A DNA stretch of 64,000 nucleotides from Ascoidea asiatica JCM 7603 (GCA_001600695.1 BCKQ01000002.1:473002-537001), one strand, 5' to 3'. Counted from the stretch's first letter, positions 46,825 through 59,063 are shown. Made by a program: numbers and translations. Notes: a model not told the origin generated them from the sequence alone.

Positions 46825-48014
46825 CTTTTGAAAGAAATATCTTAGATTTAATTATTTACTGTCCTTTATTTTATTTTTGATAAATATATTATAAGATTAT
46901 TTATTTTTTATTGATATTTGATTGTTATTTGATATAATTAATCGAAATATTTATTTCAATTATCGCAAATTCTAGTATATTTCTATTATATGAACTCGAA
47001 ATAGGAAATTTCTCATAATGAATAGAAGGCCTAACAGCACTACCTAAAAGAGAAGAGATTAAATAAAGTGTTTCGAGGGTAAAGTAGCGTGACGTGCCCG
47101 TAATTCATATTTGGGTAAATTGCTTCCAAGAAGAGAATCAGCATCCAGCATCCAGCATCCCGCCACATGTGTGGTAAGTGAATTCAGCCGGCACAAAAAG
47201 AAAGTCGGAGTGGCACTGTGCAGGTGTTTCTTATCGTGGCGTTGCTGTTGCTGCCTCCCATTGGCCAGCTTGTCTGGAAGATGCTCGGCTGCTTGGGTGT
47301 GCATGCACACCTTTTCAAATGGTCTTTTATTAGTTCCATAAGAAAGACCCACACTTGCAAAACACGCTACTGCTACACACAAACCAGGACTTTTCCCGCA
47401 CCGACACAGGAAAGACGCTTCATCCGAGAGATAGCGGAAGAGACGAGAGATAAGCGCAGTAAAAGAGTAGCAGTAAAACAGCGCTGTCAGCACTCTCAGC
47501 ACTCTCAACACTCTCAGCGCTGCTCTTCGCTCTTCCTTCTCATCTTCAGTGGCAACAGAATCTTCAGTTCCAGTCTCAATTTTGACTAATCAGCGCATGC
47601 TCTCATTAATCACTGCTTAAGTAGTACTTAAGTAATAACCATCATTGATATCTTTTATGTCTTTTATCTCTTTTCTTTTATCTCTGTTTGTTTTATGTCT
47701 CTTAAAAAGTATATAAACACCTTTTAAACCCATATCAATTTCAATTTTATAATTTATCTTCTTCTCTTATCTTCTTTATCTTCTCTTTATTCTTTATTCT
47801 CTTTGTCTTATCATCAATTTAATAAGACAATACTATAAAGAAAAACTAAATTAATTCTTTTTTAATTTAATCCACCTTCAATATTTATTGCCTTCAATTT
47901 TAATATTCTTTTATAAAATAATCTTTTATAAATATATATATATATATATATATAAATATTCTCTCATATAAATAAAAAATAAAATAAAATAAAATAACAA
48001 AAAAATAATCAAAA

Positions 48015-49556
48015 ATGAAATTCTCTTTAACTTTATTATCTTCAATTGCTTTATTCACTATCACCAATGGTTTAGTTATTCCTCGTGTGAATTCATTTGA
48101 TCTTGAAAAAACTTTTCAAATTCAAAATGATGATATCAATAACAAGGAAAATAATAATGAAAATACCCAAATTCAATTATCCCCAAATTCAATTAAAGAT
48201 ACAATTAATGAATTTTTATCAAATACAAAAGATGAATTAAATTCAATTATAAGTTCTTCAATGAATTCAAATTTAGTACCTTTAATTTTATCTGATTCTG
48301 CTTCTCAAAATGTTATTCCAAACAAATTTATTATAGTTTTTAAATCAAATTTATCTCCTGAAGAAATTCAATTTCATCAAAATTGGATTCAATCTGAAAG
48401 TTCATTTGCAGTAAAATCTGAAATTGAAAAAAATTCAAATTCAAATATTAATAATGATAATGATTTAGATTATTCTAAATTTAATGGTTTATCTGAAACT
48501 TTTAATATTAATAATTTATTTGCAGGTTATTCTGGTTATTTCTTAGATTCAACTATACAATTATTAAGAAAACATCCTCAAATTGCCTTCATTGAAAAAG
48601 ATTCAAGAGTTTTTGCAAATGAATTTGATATTCAAAATGGTTCTCCATGGGGTTTAGCAAGAATTTCTCATAGAGAACGTTTAACTTTAGGTTCTTTTAA
48701 TAAATATTTATATGATAATGAAGCTGGTGATGGTGTAACTTCATATATTATTGATACTGGTGTTTCTGTTACTCATAATCAATTTCAAGGTAGAGCTGTT
48801 TGGGGTAAAACAATTCCAAATGGTGATGTTGATCAAGATGGTAATGGTCATGGTACTCATTGCGCTGGTACAATTGGTTCAAAAGATTATGGTGTTGCAA
48901 AAAAAGCAAAATTAGTTGCTGTTAAAGTACTTAAATCAAATGGTTCTGGTACTATGTCTGATGTTATAAAAGGTGTTGAATTTGCTGCTAATTCTCATAT
49001 TAAAGAATCAAAATCTGGTTCAAAAACTTTTAAAGGTTCAACTGCAAATATGTCTCTTGGTGGTGGTAAATCTCCTTCATTAGATTTAGCTGTAAATGCT
49101 GCTGTTAAAGCTGGTTTACATTTTGCTGTTGCTGCAGGTAATGAAAATCAAGATGCTTGTAATACATCTCCTGCTGCTGCTGAAAATGCAATTACTGTTG
49201 GTGCTTCAACTTTAGCTGATTCTAGAGCTTATTTCTCTAATTATGGTAAATGTGTTGATATTTTTGCTCCTGGTTTAAATGTTTTATCAACTTATATTGG
49301 TTCTGATGATGCAACTGCAACTTTATCTGGTACTTCAATGGCTTCTCCTCATATTTGTGGTTTATTAACTTATTATCTTTCTTTATATCCTGATGCTGAT
49401 TCTCAATTTAAATCAACTTCTGTATCTCCTGCTCAATTAAAGAAAAGTTTAATTTCTTTTGCTACAAATGATATATTATCTGATGTTGGTGTTGATTCTC
49501 CAAATGTTTTAGCTTATAATGGTGCTGGTGGTAATATTACTGAATTTTGGCAATAA
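48015..49556 (+). CDS. PRB1: Vacuolar subtilisin-like protease B precursor
   Basis: Signal peptide, I9 propeptide, PWGLARISHR, and catalytic triad motifs IDTG, HGTHCAG, SGTSMASPH. Confidence 0.97.
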   Translation: MKFSLTLLSSIALFTITNGLVIPRVNSFDLEKTFQIQNDDINNKENNNENTQIQLSPNSIKDTINEFLSNTKDELNSIISSSMNSNLVPLILSDSASQNVIPNKFIIVFKSNLSPEEIQFHQNWIQSESSFAVKSEIEKNSNSNINNDNDLDYSKFNGLSETFNINNLFAGYSGYFLDSTIQLLRKHPQIAFIEKDSRVFANEFDIQNGSPWGLARISHRERLTLGSFNKYLYDNEAGDGVTSYIIDTGVSVTHNQFQGRAVWGKTIPNGDVDQDGNGHGTHCAGTIGSKDYGVAKKAKLVAVKVLKSNGSGTMSDVIKGVEFAANSHIKESKSGSKTFKGSTANMSLGGGKSPSLDLAVNAAVKAGLHFAVAAGNENQDACNTSPAAAENAITVGASTLADSRAYFSNYGKCVDIFAPGLNVLSTYIGSDDATATLSGTSMASPHICGLLTYYLSLYPDADSQFKSTSVSPAQLKKSLISFATNDILSDVGVDSPNVLAYNGAGGNITEFWQ

Positions 49557-49937
49557 ATTTTATATTACTAGATAAAAATATAATATTCATCTATCAATTT
49601 CAATTCGTTTCCTTTTTTTTCCTTTTTTTTTCCTTTCTTACTTTTTTTCTCTTTTCCTTTTTTTTTTTATCATCTATAAATTCAAATTCAAATTCGAATT
49701 CGAATCAAATTCAAATCTTTATGTTTATGGGTAACTTTACAAATTATATAAATTTTTGGGGAGTTTGAATTGATCTATTTTTATTACTAATTATTTTTAC
49801 TTTTTTACTATACTTACTTTTTTTATAAATTTCTATAATTTTACTAATTTAATGAATCCTTAAAAAAATATTTTACATCACATTGTATATTTATTCATTT
49901 TATAAACTATATTTATTGTAAAACAGATTAAATATAA

Positions 49938-50852
49938 TCAAACTTTCACTCTTTTTTTAACTGGTGATCCTTTTTGTGGGGAACTTTCTGTTCTATATCG
50001 TTTACTACTTATATCTTTATTATCTTTATTATCTTCTTCTTCTTCCTCTTCTATATCAAGTTCTAATTCACTTTCACTATCATTTAAGATTTCTTCTTCT
50101 AATTTATCATTTTCAGCTTCATTAAAATATTTAATTGCATTTATAAATATATCTTCAGATATTAATCTTGCTAAATCATCACCATTTTTAAATTCTTTAT
50201 TTTTATTTTCATTTTCACCAGTCCAATTAAAAAATGAAAAAAAACTTAATTTTTTTTCTTTATTTGAAAATTTATTATAATTTTTAGGCCATTTAAATTT
50301 ACATGGTAATGAAATTAATTTTTCAATTCCATTTTTTTTTATAATTTTAAATTCTTTTTTAATAATTTGATTTTCAAATTCTTTAATTTTACTTTTAAAA
50401 CTTATAATTAATGAAAAATTTCTTGGATCAATTATTGAATTATTTAAATTATTTAAATTATTTAAATTATTTGAATCATTTTGTTCTTCAGTTACATCCC
50501 AAGATATATAAATATCATTAATGAATTCAAAATATTTTGAATCTTCCGGTTTAATATATTCTTCAATTTCAGTTTGTGATAAAACTATAAACCAAAAATT
50601 ATTAATATTTGAAATATATTCTCTTCGTTTTTCAAATATTTTCTTTAATTTTTTTAATCTAAATATTTCAACCTCTTTTTCAACTAATTCAATTGAAGTT
50701 TCTAAATCTTGCAATTCCTTTGAAGAACTTATTTCTAAACTTTTATTATTTTCAAAAATTAAATTTAAAATTAAACATGTTAGATTAAAACAATGAAACC
50801 CTTAGAAAAATGAAATAAAAAAGAGAATTTTAACTTACTTTTCTTTAGACAT
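49938..50852 (-). CDS. VPS75: NAP-family histone chaperone Vps75; exons 50852-50839 and about 50739-49938
   Basis: EKEVEIFRLKKLKKIFEKR...FWFIVLSQ, SFFSFFNWTG...KEFKNGDDLA, acidic tail and NLS KKRVK. Intron 50838-50740 (GTAAGT...ATCTAAC...AAG) restores the frame; the exact acceptor is uncertain. Confidence 0.88.
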
Positions 50853-51874
50853 TTATTTATTATTATTTATTTACTATTATTTTTCTCAAATAGTCTAATT
50901 GATACCGTATATGAAAATGATGTTTTTTTTTTTTTTTTTGAATGATCTAGTTTCCTTAGAATCCCAATCTATACAAGTACTTTTACTTTATAACAATTCT
51001 ATCTAATATATTGAAAATAGACTTAATTTCTATGAAATGTAATTAATGAATCTAAGAATATAGTTTTAAATATAGTCTCAAAAGCTGTTTAAAGCTCAAA
51101 ATCAATTTCCATTTCTGTTACAAGGCACAAATCACTCAACCAAAAAACTGACGCGTTGATGAAAATCGCGATGGGCTTCTTTAATCCGGTAGTAAATTAC
51201 CTAAAACGGTGTTTACCAAAACACCGAAATCTTAAAACCGACTACCGGAATTGGCAGACGACGAATTCCCCTTTACGGACGTGTTACAAAACCAGATGAG
51301 TCTATTTTGATAGCCTAAAGGTAGCCCATAGCCTAAGCACATAGCCTATAACCTATAGCCTAATAGGTAGGTGTAATAATATTATAGAGAATAGAACAAA
51401 TTATAAATTATTTAATTGAATAACGTTGTATAAACTTTTGAGAATTAATTAGCTGGTTATTTAGTAGAAGAAAAAAAACAATTAAGATGAATAAATAAAG
51501 ATTAAGAATTAAGTTATTAGAGTCTTTGATGACCAGAAGAATTTTCTATCTTTTTTTTGAAAAACATAAACAGGTTGAACTAATAGATCAAAATACTGTA
51601 TAATAAAGCAAAATAGATAAACAGAATATAAACGTACCACATTAATAGATAAAGAATAGAGTTAATAGAGTAATAATTTTGAAGCATTGAAATAATAGGA
51701 GACCATACCAGATCCTGAAGAATATTTGTATAATGCAAATTGGATAGAAGTAAGGGAAAACAAAAAAAATGTGAGAAAAGAAGGACAAAAATGAAGAAAC
51801 AGAAAAAAAAAAAAAAAAGTTTATAATGATTTAGCAAACAAGAGCATTAGAAACAAAATACTGAACATTAAGGA

Positions 51875-52332
51875 TTAAGCATTAATAGATTTTTTTTTCA
51901 AATAATCTTTGCAAAAGAATAATAACATGATCCAACTCATTAAAAGAGCAATACATCCGACACTAACATTTAAAGTGAACATTGCAGTTAAACCTCTATA
52001 TTCTAAAGCTTGAACTACTTGATCAGTACTTTCCATGAAAATTAAACCTCCTGCTAAAAGAGCAAAAGAAACAATTAATTCAGTAAATGGTCTTTTTTCA
52101 GGACCAGTTGTACCAATAAATTCATCATCTTTTTTAAACATTAATAAAACTATAGTCGCTAATCTAAAAAAAGAACCATAAGATAAAATTGAACCCCATT
52201 GAACATGAATCATTGTACTTAATTTTGAAGATTGTTGATGTTGACTCATTAAAATCCCAGTCCAAAAAATAGTAAAAGCAGGAAATGGATTTGGAGAATA
52301 ACCTGGAGAACCCATAACAATTTTATTATCAC

Positions 52333-52375
<43 letters not shown>

Positions 52376-54115
52376 TTGTTTGATAATTTTATTAAATCTC
52401 CATTTAGAAAGATAAAATTCAACAATTAAACCACATAAACCACAACCAATAAACATAAAAGCAATTGAAACATGTTGTAAATCTTTTGGAGTCCATTTAC
52501 CATCAGTTGAAGCTAAATGTTCTAAAAATACATTAGTTATACCATAAAAAAAAATTAAAAAACTTTCAATAAATTCCATTGTGAAGAAACCAATTGGAAA
52601 AATTTTAATTAATGAAGAAAAATAAAAAAAATTATTTTTTTGAAAATTATTTAATTTAATTGAATTCCAAGCAAAACCATAATTTTTCCAAGCACCACAA
52701 TATCTTGAAATTGTAATTAAACCTAAAGAAAAAAATACACCACCTTTAATAAAATGAGCTAATAAATTAAAAATAGAATTACCTTTACCCATTAAATTAC
52801 CAACAGATATACCTGTAGGAATATAAATTAATAAAAAAATTAAAATTGAATAATTTAATAAATTAAATATTAAAAAATTTAAAGAACCAATTGAATTTAA
52901 TAAAAATGAAAAAAATTTTGATTTAAATAAATTTAAAAGAATTGAATTTGTTTTTCTTGAAAATTTTGAAGGAATTTTATTATTATATGAACTTAAAGGG
53001 TTTAATTCTAAATCTGTTTCCAAACTGTTATTATGGATATCATTGTCATTGTCATTATCATTATCAATAATAAAAGAATCATTATTTAAATCAAAAGAAT
53101 CATTGTCATTATCAATATCAATATCAATGTCTTTATTATTATTATTATTTTTAAATGAAACTTTAGTTGATTGAGAATTTGAATAAGAATGAGAAATAAA
53201 AGAATTAGATTCATTGGGGGTTAATTTTGTAGAACTTTGAGAAGGAGAATTATTAATTGAATTATTAATTGAATTATTTAATGAATTATCAATTACAGTT
53301 GCAATTGAGAATCTTGGATTATAATTTTGATCATTAACTGAATTTCTTTTAATTTCTTTTGAATAATTTCTATTATTTTCAAATAAAGTTGAATTTGGAG
53401 AACCAGGGATTTTTGATAAATTTTCATTAATATTTTCATTAATATTTTCATTAATATTTTCATTAATATTTTCATTGGCGGTTTCATCATAAGAATTATT
53501 AAATTGAGATAATGGAATGAAATCATTTGAATATTTAATTGAATTTAATTTTTTTGAAGCAAAATTTAAAATTGCAGAAAAAAAATGTATAATGAATAAA
53601 AAAAATAAAATCCAAGACATTTTATTATATGAATTATTATTATATAAATTTTCAAATTTAAGAATTTTATTATTTGAATAAATAAATAAAGAAATTAAAG
53701 AAATTAAAGAAAAAATTAAATTTATAAATAATATTGGTAAATACCAAATTGAATTAATATTATTTAAAGATAAAGAAATTGGATAAGTTATAAAAGAAAC
53801 AATAATTCCAGTTAAAATATGAATAATTAATGGAGATTTATTTACATTTGGATAATTTAAAAATGTAGTTGTATTATATGAATTCCAATATAATCTTTCT
53901 TGTGGTAATAAATTTGTTTCTAAAATTGGTTTATGAAGATTATGATTAACATGAGGAACTGGAGTTAAATCTTTTATATCATTATTATTTATATTCATAT
54001 TTGAATCCATATTCATATTTGAATCTATATTCATATTTGAATCCATATTCATATCGGATGAATAGGCGAAGCCTATAAATGACAATAAAATTAATATTGA
54101 GAAATTGAATCTCAT
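51875..54115 (-). CDS. YCR061W/Ytp1-like polytopic membrane protein (DUF2427 + Ytp1 domain)
   Basis: Signal peptide, ERLYW..YNTTTF, FNLLAHFIKGGVFF, TNVFLEHL, DLQHVSIAFMF, NPFPAFTIFWTGILMSQH, HVQWG, GGLIFMESTD. Confidence 0.88.
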
Positions 54116-55253
54116 TTTAATTGAAAATTTAAAATAAGAGCAATTTTATTATTGATTGATTGAATGATTGATTGATTGATTGATTTGAAAAAAGATATCC
54201 AAGGATATAATAACAAAGGAGATAACCAGTATAATTTCAAGAATAAGTTAGTTGGAAAGTAAAATAAAAAAAAAAAAAAAAAAAGATCAGAAGTAGAAAA
54301 CAAGATTCTCAAAACAAATATATTGGAGATCTCAATAGGTTTATATACCACATAGATTTAGATTTACTCGGATAGTAAAGGAAATGGAATTTGAATTGAG
54401 GTTACCATGAATCATTACTCAGCATATTAAAATAATTAACTTATCAGTATCAGTATTAAATCAGTATCAGTATTAAATCAGTATCAGTATCAGTGTTAGC
54501 AGATTTGCATGTTGAACCGATAAAGAGCAGTGAGATATTTTACTGGTGATTGTTAATCATTTTATTGTTTTATTGGAATTGTCTTCGAATATTCTAGGCT
54601 ACTCTTAGACTTTCTAAGATTGCATAGATTGTTCTGGGTCTGCATTATTTATTCTTTCTTCGAAGATATTTCGTTCGAACTACAATCACTGGCAGCAGTT
54701 GCAGCGAGAGACAAAAGAAGAAACGAAGCAGTGACAGAAACAGCAAACTCTCCAAAAGAGCGAAGAAAGTCTGCAGACTTTCTGGTGAAAACTGCTCCAG
54801 CCCCAGAATCTGCACCGAGTTATTCTCCTTCTCTTTTCACACTTCACTTGGTGCTTTGACCATTGATTATTATTACCATTCTATTCTTTCTTTACTTCTT
54901 TACTTCATTACTTCTTTGATTTGTTGTTTGTTGTTTGTTTGTTTGTTTGTTTGTTTTTCTTCTGCTGCTTCTGTTTGGCTGATTTAAAGTGAGTATTGCC
55001 GGAATGATTCGATTCTTCTGAGGTGATTCTGGTGCAGTGCTTCCATTGTGTTCTCTGCTTGTCTCCGCACGTGATGCTGGGTGTCCTGCTTTTACACGCT
55101 GTGCTAAGCGTAGCCGAACCGTGTCGGATGCGGTCAAGACGGCCCCCCTTCCGGCTCACCCGAGAACGACACACAAATCTCCTGCTGGAGGCTGCTCCGT
55201 GACTTGGTCCGAGTCCCGCTACGGAATATTCGGCAACAATTTATTTATCAAAT

Positions 55254-55280
55254 ACACGGGACACGGGACACGGGACACGG
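55254..55280 (+). repeat. (ACACGGG) x ~4 tandem repeat in the divergent promoter upstream of HIS2
   Basis: acacgggacacgggacacgggacacgg. Confidence 0.9.
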
Positions 55281-55603
55281 CTACTGCAAAGGTTAACGGC
55301 TTTGCAGCTTCTTTTTCCACTAGTGGTGCAGTCACATGACCCTGCTTTTTGTTAACGGCCGGATTATTTCCTGTTTTGAACTGCACTCCTATTTCTAAAT
55401 ATATCACATGATTTTAATCACCTGGATCTCGACTATTGGCTAAAATTAAGAAAATACCTTTAATTTTTAGATCTATTTCGGTAAGTTATTAACTAACACT
55501 AAAATACAAACTTTATCGACTAATGAATTCATAGTTTATTTTCAATATTCAGTTGTGATAAAAATTCAAATCAAATCAAATCAAATCAAGATTATTAATC
55601 AAA

Positions 55604-56599
55604 ATGCATACTCATCATTCTCATAGTGGAGAATTTATAGCTCATGGTGAAAATACTTTAGATGAAATGGTTCAAAATGCAATTGAAAAAAATTTTGAAA
55701 TATTTTGTTTAACTGAGCATATGCCAAGACTATATGATTCTTCAATTTATCCAGAAGAAATTGAATTAAATTATAATTTAAATACTTTAAAAGAAAATTT
55801 TAAAAAATATTATAATAAAGCTATTCAAATTCAAAATTCAATTAATAATAATAATTCAAATAATAATTCAAATAATAATTCAAATAATTTAAAAATTTTA
55901 ATAGGTTATGAAATTGAAGGTATTGATCAAAATCATTTTAATTACTCAAATTTAATTTTAAAAAATTATCCAAAATTTAATTTAACTATTGGTTCAATTC
56001 ATTTTATTAATAAAATTCCAATTGATTTTAATCAAAATTTTTTAAATTTAGCTTTAAAATCTTGTAATAATTCAATTTATCAATTATTTAAAAATTATTA
56101 TAATTTACAATATAATTTAATAAAATCTTGTAAACCAAATATTATTGGACATTTTGATTTAATTAATTTATTTATAAATCAAAATGAAATTGATAATGAT
56201 TTAACAAAAAAAAAATTTAAAGATATAAATATTGAATTTGATTGGCCAGAAATTTGGAATTTAATTATTAGAAATATAAAATTTGTTAAAAATTATAATG
56301 GTTTATTTGAATTAAATTCTGCTGCTTTAAGAAAAAATTGGAAAACTCCATATCCTTCATTAAAAATTTCAATTGCAATTCAAAAATTTGGTGATTCAAG
56401 ATTTTGTTTAAGTGATGATTCTCATAAAATTAATCAAATTTCTTTAAATTATGATAAACTTTATAATTATATTAAAAATATTTTAAATTTAAAAATTATT
56501 TATTATTATGATTTAGATAATAATAATAATTCAATTATAAAATCAACTCCAATTTCAAATTTAGAAAAATTTCTTATAAAAAATAATAAACTAATATAA
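55604..56599 (+). CDS. HIS2: Histidinol-phosphatase (PHP family)
   Basis: MHTHHSHSGEF, CLTEHMPR, GSIH, IGHFDLI, ELNSAALRK, FCLSDDSH. Confidence 0.95.
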   Translation: MHTHHSHSGEFIAHGENTLDEMVQNAIEKNFEIFCLTEHMPRLYDSSIYPEEIELNYNLNTLKENFKKYYNKAIQIQNSINNNNSNNNSNNNSNNLKILIGYEIEGIDQNHFNYSNLILKNYPKFNLTIGSIHFINKIPIDFNQNFLNLALKSCNNSIYQLFKNYYNLQYNLIKSCKPNIIGHFDLINLFINQNEIDNDLTKKKFKDINIEFDWPEIWNLIIRNIKFVKNYNGLFELNSAALRKNWKTPYPSLKISIAIQKFGDSRFCLSDDSHKINQISLNYDKLYNYIKNILNLKIIYYYDLDNNNNSIIKSTPISNLEKFLIKNNKLI

Positions 56600-56617
56600 T
56601 TTAATCTTAATTTAATT

Positions 56618-58024
56618 TTAATTTAATTCAAGATCTTTTTTTAATTTATTTAATTGTTTTAAAACTGCAATTTTTGCTGTACCACCTGTACTTGTTCTTT
56701 TTTCAACTGATTTTTCAAAATTAAATATATTTAAAACATCTTTTTCAAATCTATTATCAATATTTTTAAATTCTTTTATATCTAATTCATTTAATTCTTT
56801 TTTATTATCTTCCGCAAATTTCACACATTCTCCTGAAATATAATGAGTTTCTCTAAATGGTACACCTTTTAAAACTAAATAATCTGCTAAATCTGTTGCT
56901 AACATATCCATTGTTAAAGATTTAAACATTTTATCTGAATTAACTTTTAATGTTGAAATAATTCCATTTGCAATTAAAATTGAATGTTTTATAGTTTTTA
57001 AACAATCAAATAATGGTTCTTTATCTTCTTGCATATCTTTATCATAAGTTGATGGTATACCTTTTAATGTCATTAAAAATCCAGATAATGAACCAAAAAC
57101 TCTACCTGATTTACCACGTAATAATTCTAAAGAATCTGGATTTTTTTTTTGTGGCATTAATGAAGATCCTGTTGAATATGCATCAGATAATTTAATAAAA
57201 TTAAATTCTCCAGTTGAATAAATTATAAAATCTTCTGATAATCTTGATATATGATTCATAAATAATGTTGACCATGATAAAGTTTCAATAATAAAATCTC
57301 TATCAGAAACTGCTGTTAATGAATTTCCAATAACTGAATTAAAACCTAAATTTATTGCTAAAAATTCTCTATCAATACCATATGGATGACCTGCTAAAGC
57401 TCCTGCACCTAATGGTGAAGAATTTATTCTTTCAATAATTTGTTTTAATCTTTTTAAATCTTCATTAAAATATGTTGCATACATACTTAATAAATGTGAC
57501 CATCTAATTGGTTGAGCTTTTTGTAAATGTGTATAACCTGGCATTAAATAATCAATTTCATTTTCTGCTCTTAAAATTATTGTATTAATAAAATCTTTTA
57601 AAATTTTAACAATTTTATTTAAATATTCACGAACATAAATTCTCATATCTGTTGCAACTTGATCATTTCTACTTCTACCTGTATGAACTTTACCAGCAAT
57701 ATTTTTACCAATAATTTCACCTAATCTTCTTTCATTTGCTGTATGAATATCTTCATCACCATATTTTTCAATAAATTTATTTGTTTCCCATTCAATTTTA
57801 ATTAATTTTAAACCTTCATGAATTTTTTCTAATTCATAATCATTAATTAAATTAATTTTATTTAAACCCATTGTATAAACTCTTGTACCTTCTAAATCTG
57901 CTTCATACATTTTTTTATCATAAGGTAATGATGCATTATAAAGATCCATTAATGGATCTGTTTTACCTGTAAATCTACCACCCCATAATTTAGATTCACC
58001 TGATTCTTCAGAACTTGTAGTCAT
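56618..58024 (-). CDS. ARG4: Argininosuccinate lyase
   Basis: [28 protein letters not shown], fumarate-lyase signature [18 protein letters not shown]. Confidence 0.99.
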   Translation of the reverse strand: MTTSSEESGESKLWGGRFTGKTDPLMDLYNASLPYDKKMYEADLEGTRVYTMGLNKINLINDYELEKIHEGLKLIKIEWETNKFIEKYGDEDIHTANERRLGEIIGKNIAGKVHTGRSRNDQVATDMRIYVREYLNKIVKILKDFINTIILRAENEIDYLMPGYTHLQKAQPIRWSHLLSMYATYFNEDLKRLKQIIERINSSPLGAGALAGHPYGIDREFLAINLGFNSVIGNSLTAVSDRDFIIETLSWSTLFMNHISRLSEDFIIYSTGEFNFIKLSDAYSTGSSLMPQKKNPDSLELLRGKSGRVFGSLSGFLMTLKGIPSTYDKDMQEDKEPLFDCLKTIKHSILIANGIISTLKVNSDKMFKSLTMDMLATDLADYLVLKGVPFRETHYISGECVKFAEDNKKELNELDIKEFKNIDNRFEKDVLNIFNFEKSVEKRTSTGGTAKIAVLKQLNKLKKDLELN

Positions 58025-58354
58025 TTTAGAAAATGTTTAGTTAGAATTGAATAATAATATAATACAATATAATATAATATAATATAATACTATCTTATAA
58101 AGAAATAAATAATATAAAAGAGATAATTGATCAAAATATATTGAGTTATATGATAATAATGATAAATTTCAAACAATATTTATATTTAAAATATATAAGA
58201 ATAAAAATATTAATTGATTAATGATTGTCATCGATAATAAATTTTTTTTTTTTTCAGATAAATAAATGAGTGAAGAAATAAAAGCTAAAATTACTCATTC
58301 CTCCACTATTTAACATTAACGTTGGAAAATGTTTTAAAGAATTCTGAAAAATTA

Positions 58355-58361
58355 GAGTCAT
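58355..58361 (-). promoter_or_regulatory. Gcn4 site upstream of ARG4
   Basis: GAGTCAT (ATGACTC on the - strand) about 330 bp upstream; ARG4 is an established Gcn4 target. Confidence 0.55.
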
Positions 58362-59063
58362 AGTGAGACAGTCCTTCTTTTGAAGGGAATTAACAGCATT
58401 ATATTAAGTAGAAAAGTTCTTTTAGCTCAAAAACTAGCCCAAATGAAACAGGTGTACACTGATAAAACTTTGAATCTTAAGGGATATCCGGAAAAAAAGG
58501 TAATCCGTGCACGGATACACTAAATTAACACGGATACAACAAAGCCAGCCACGTACCAGCCACGTACCAGCCACTGCATTTTTCAGGTGCATTTTTTGTG
58601 ACCTGTTTTTGTGTTGGAGAAGCAGCAGAAACTGCTGGATTTGCTGGGTTTTCATCTATTTTGCTATGAAAATACTGGTCAATTGACTTTAAAAAGTGTT
58701 TTCGGAGAGAGATCAGGTAATATTTAGTTTGTTCTATTTGTTTATTTATCATAAAAGCCTTTATTTAGCATTTATTTTCTAGATTAGTGAGTGGGTATTG
58801 TTTAGCGAAAAAAAAAATATATATGTATATATGGAAATGTAAAAATCTGGAGAAAGAAAGAGAAAATAGTTAGATTACACATTTTAGATTTCAAATTTTA
58901 TGAAGAAAAAAGAAACAGCATTATGAGAAAGCAAATGAAGAATGTAAAAAAAAATATAGTAAAGGTTAGTAAATTGAGAGCTAAAAGGGAAGAGAAATTG
59001 AATAGATATGAGGAATGGAAAAAAAATAAAAATGATTAAATTATATTGTCTTAACTATTTTTT

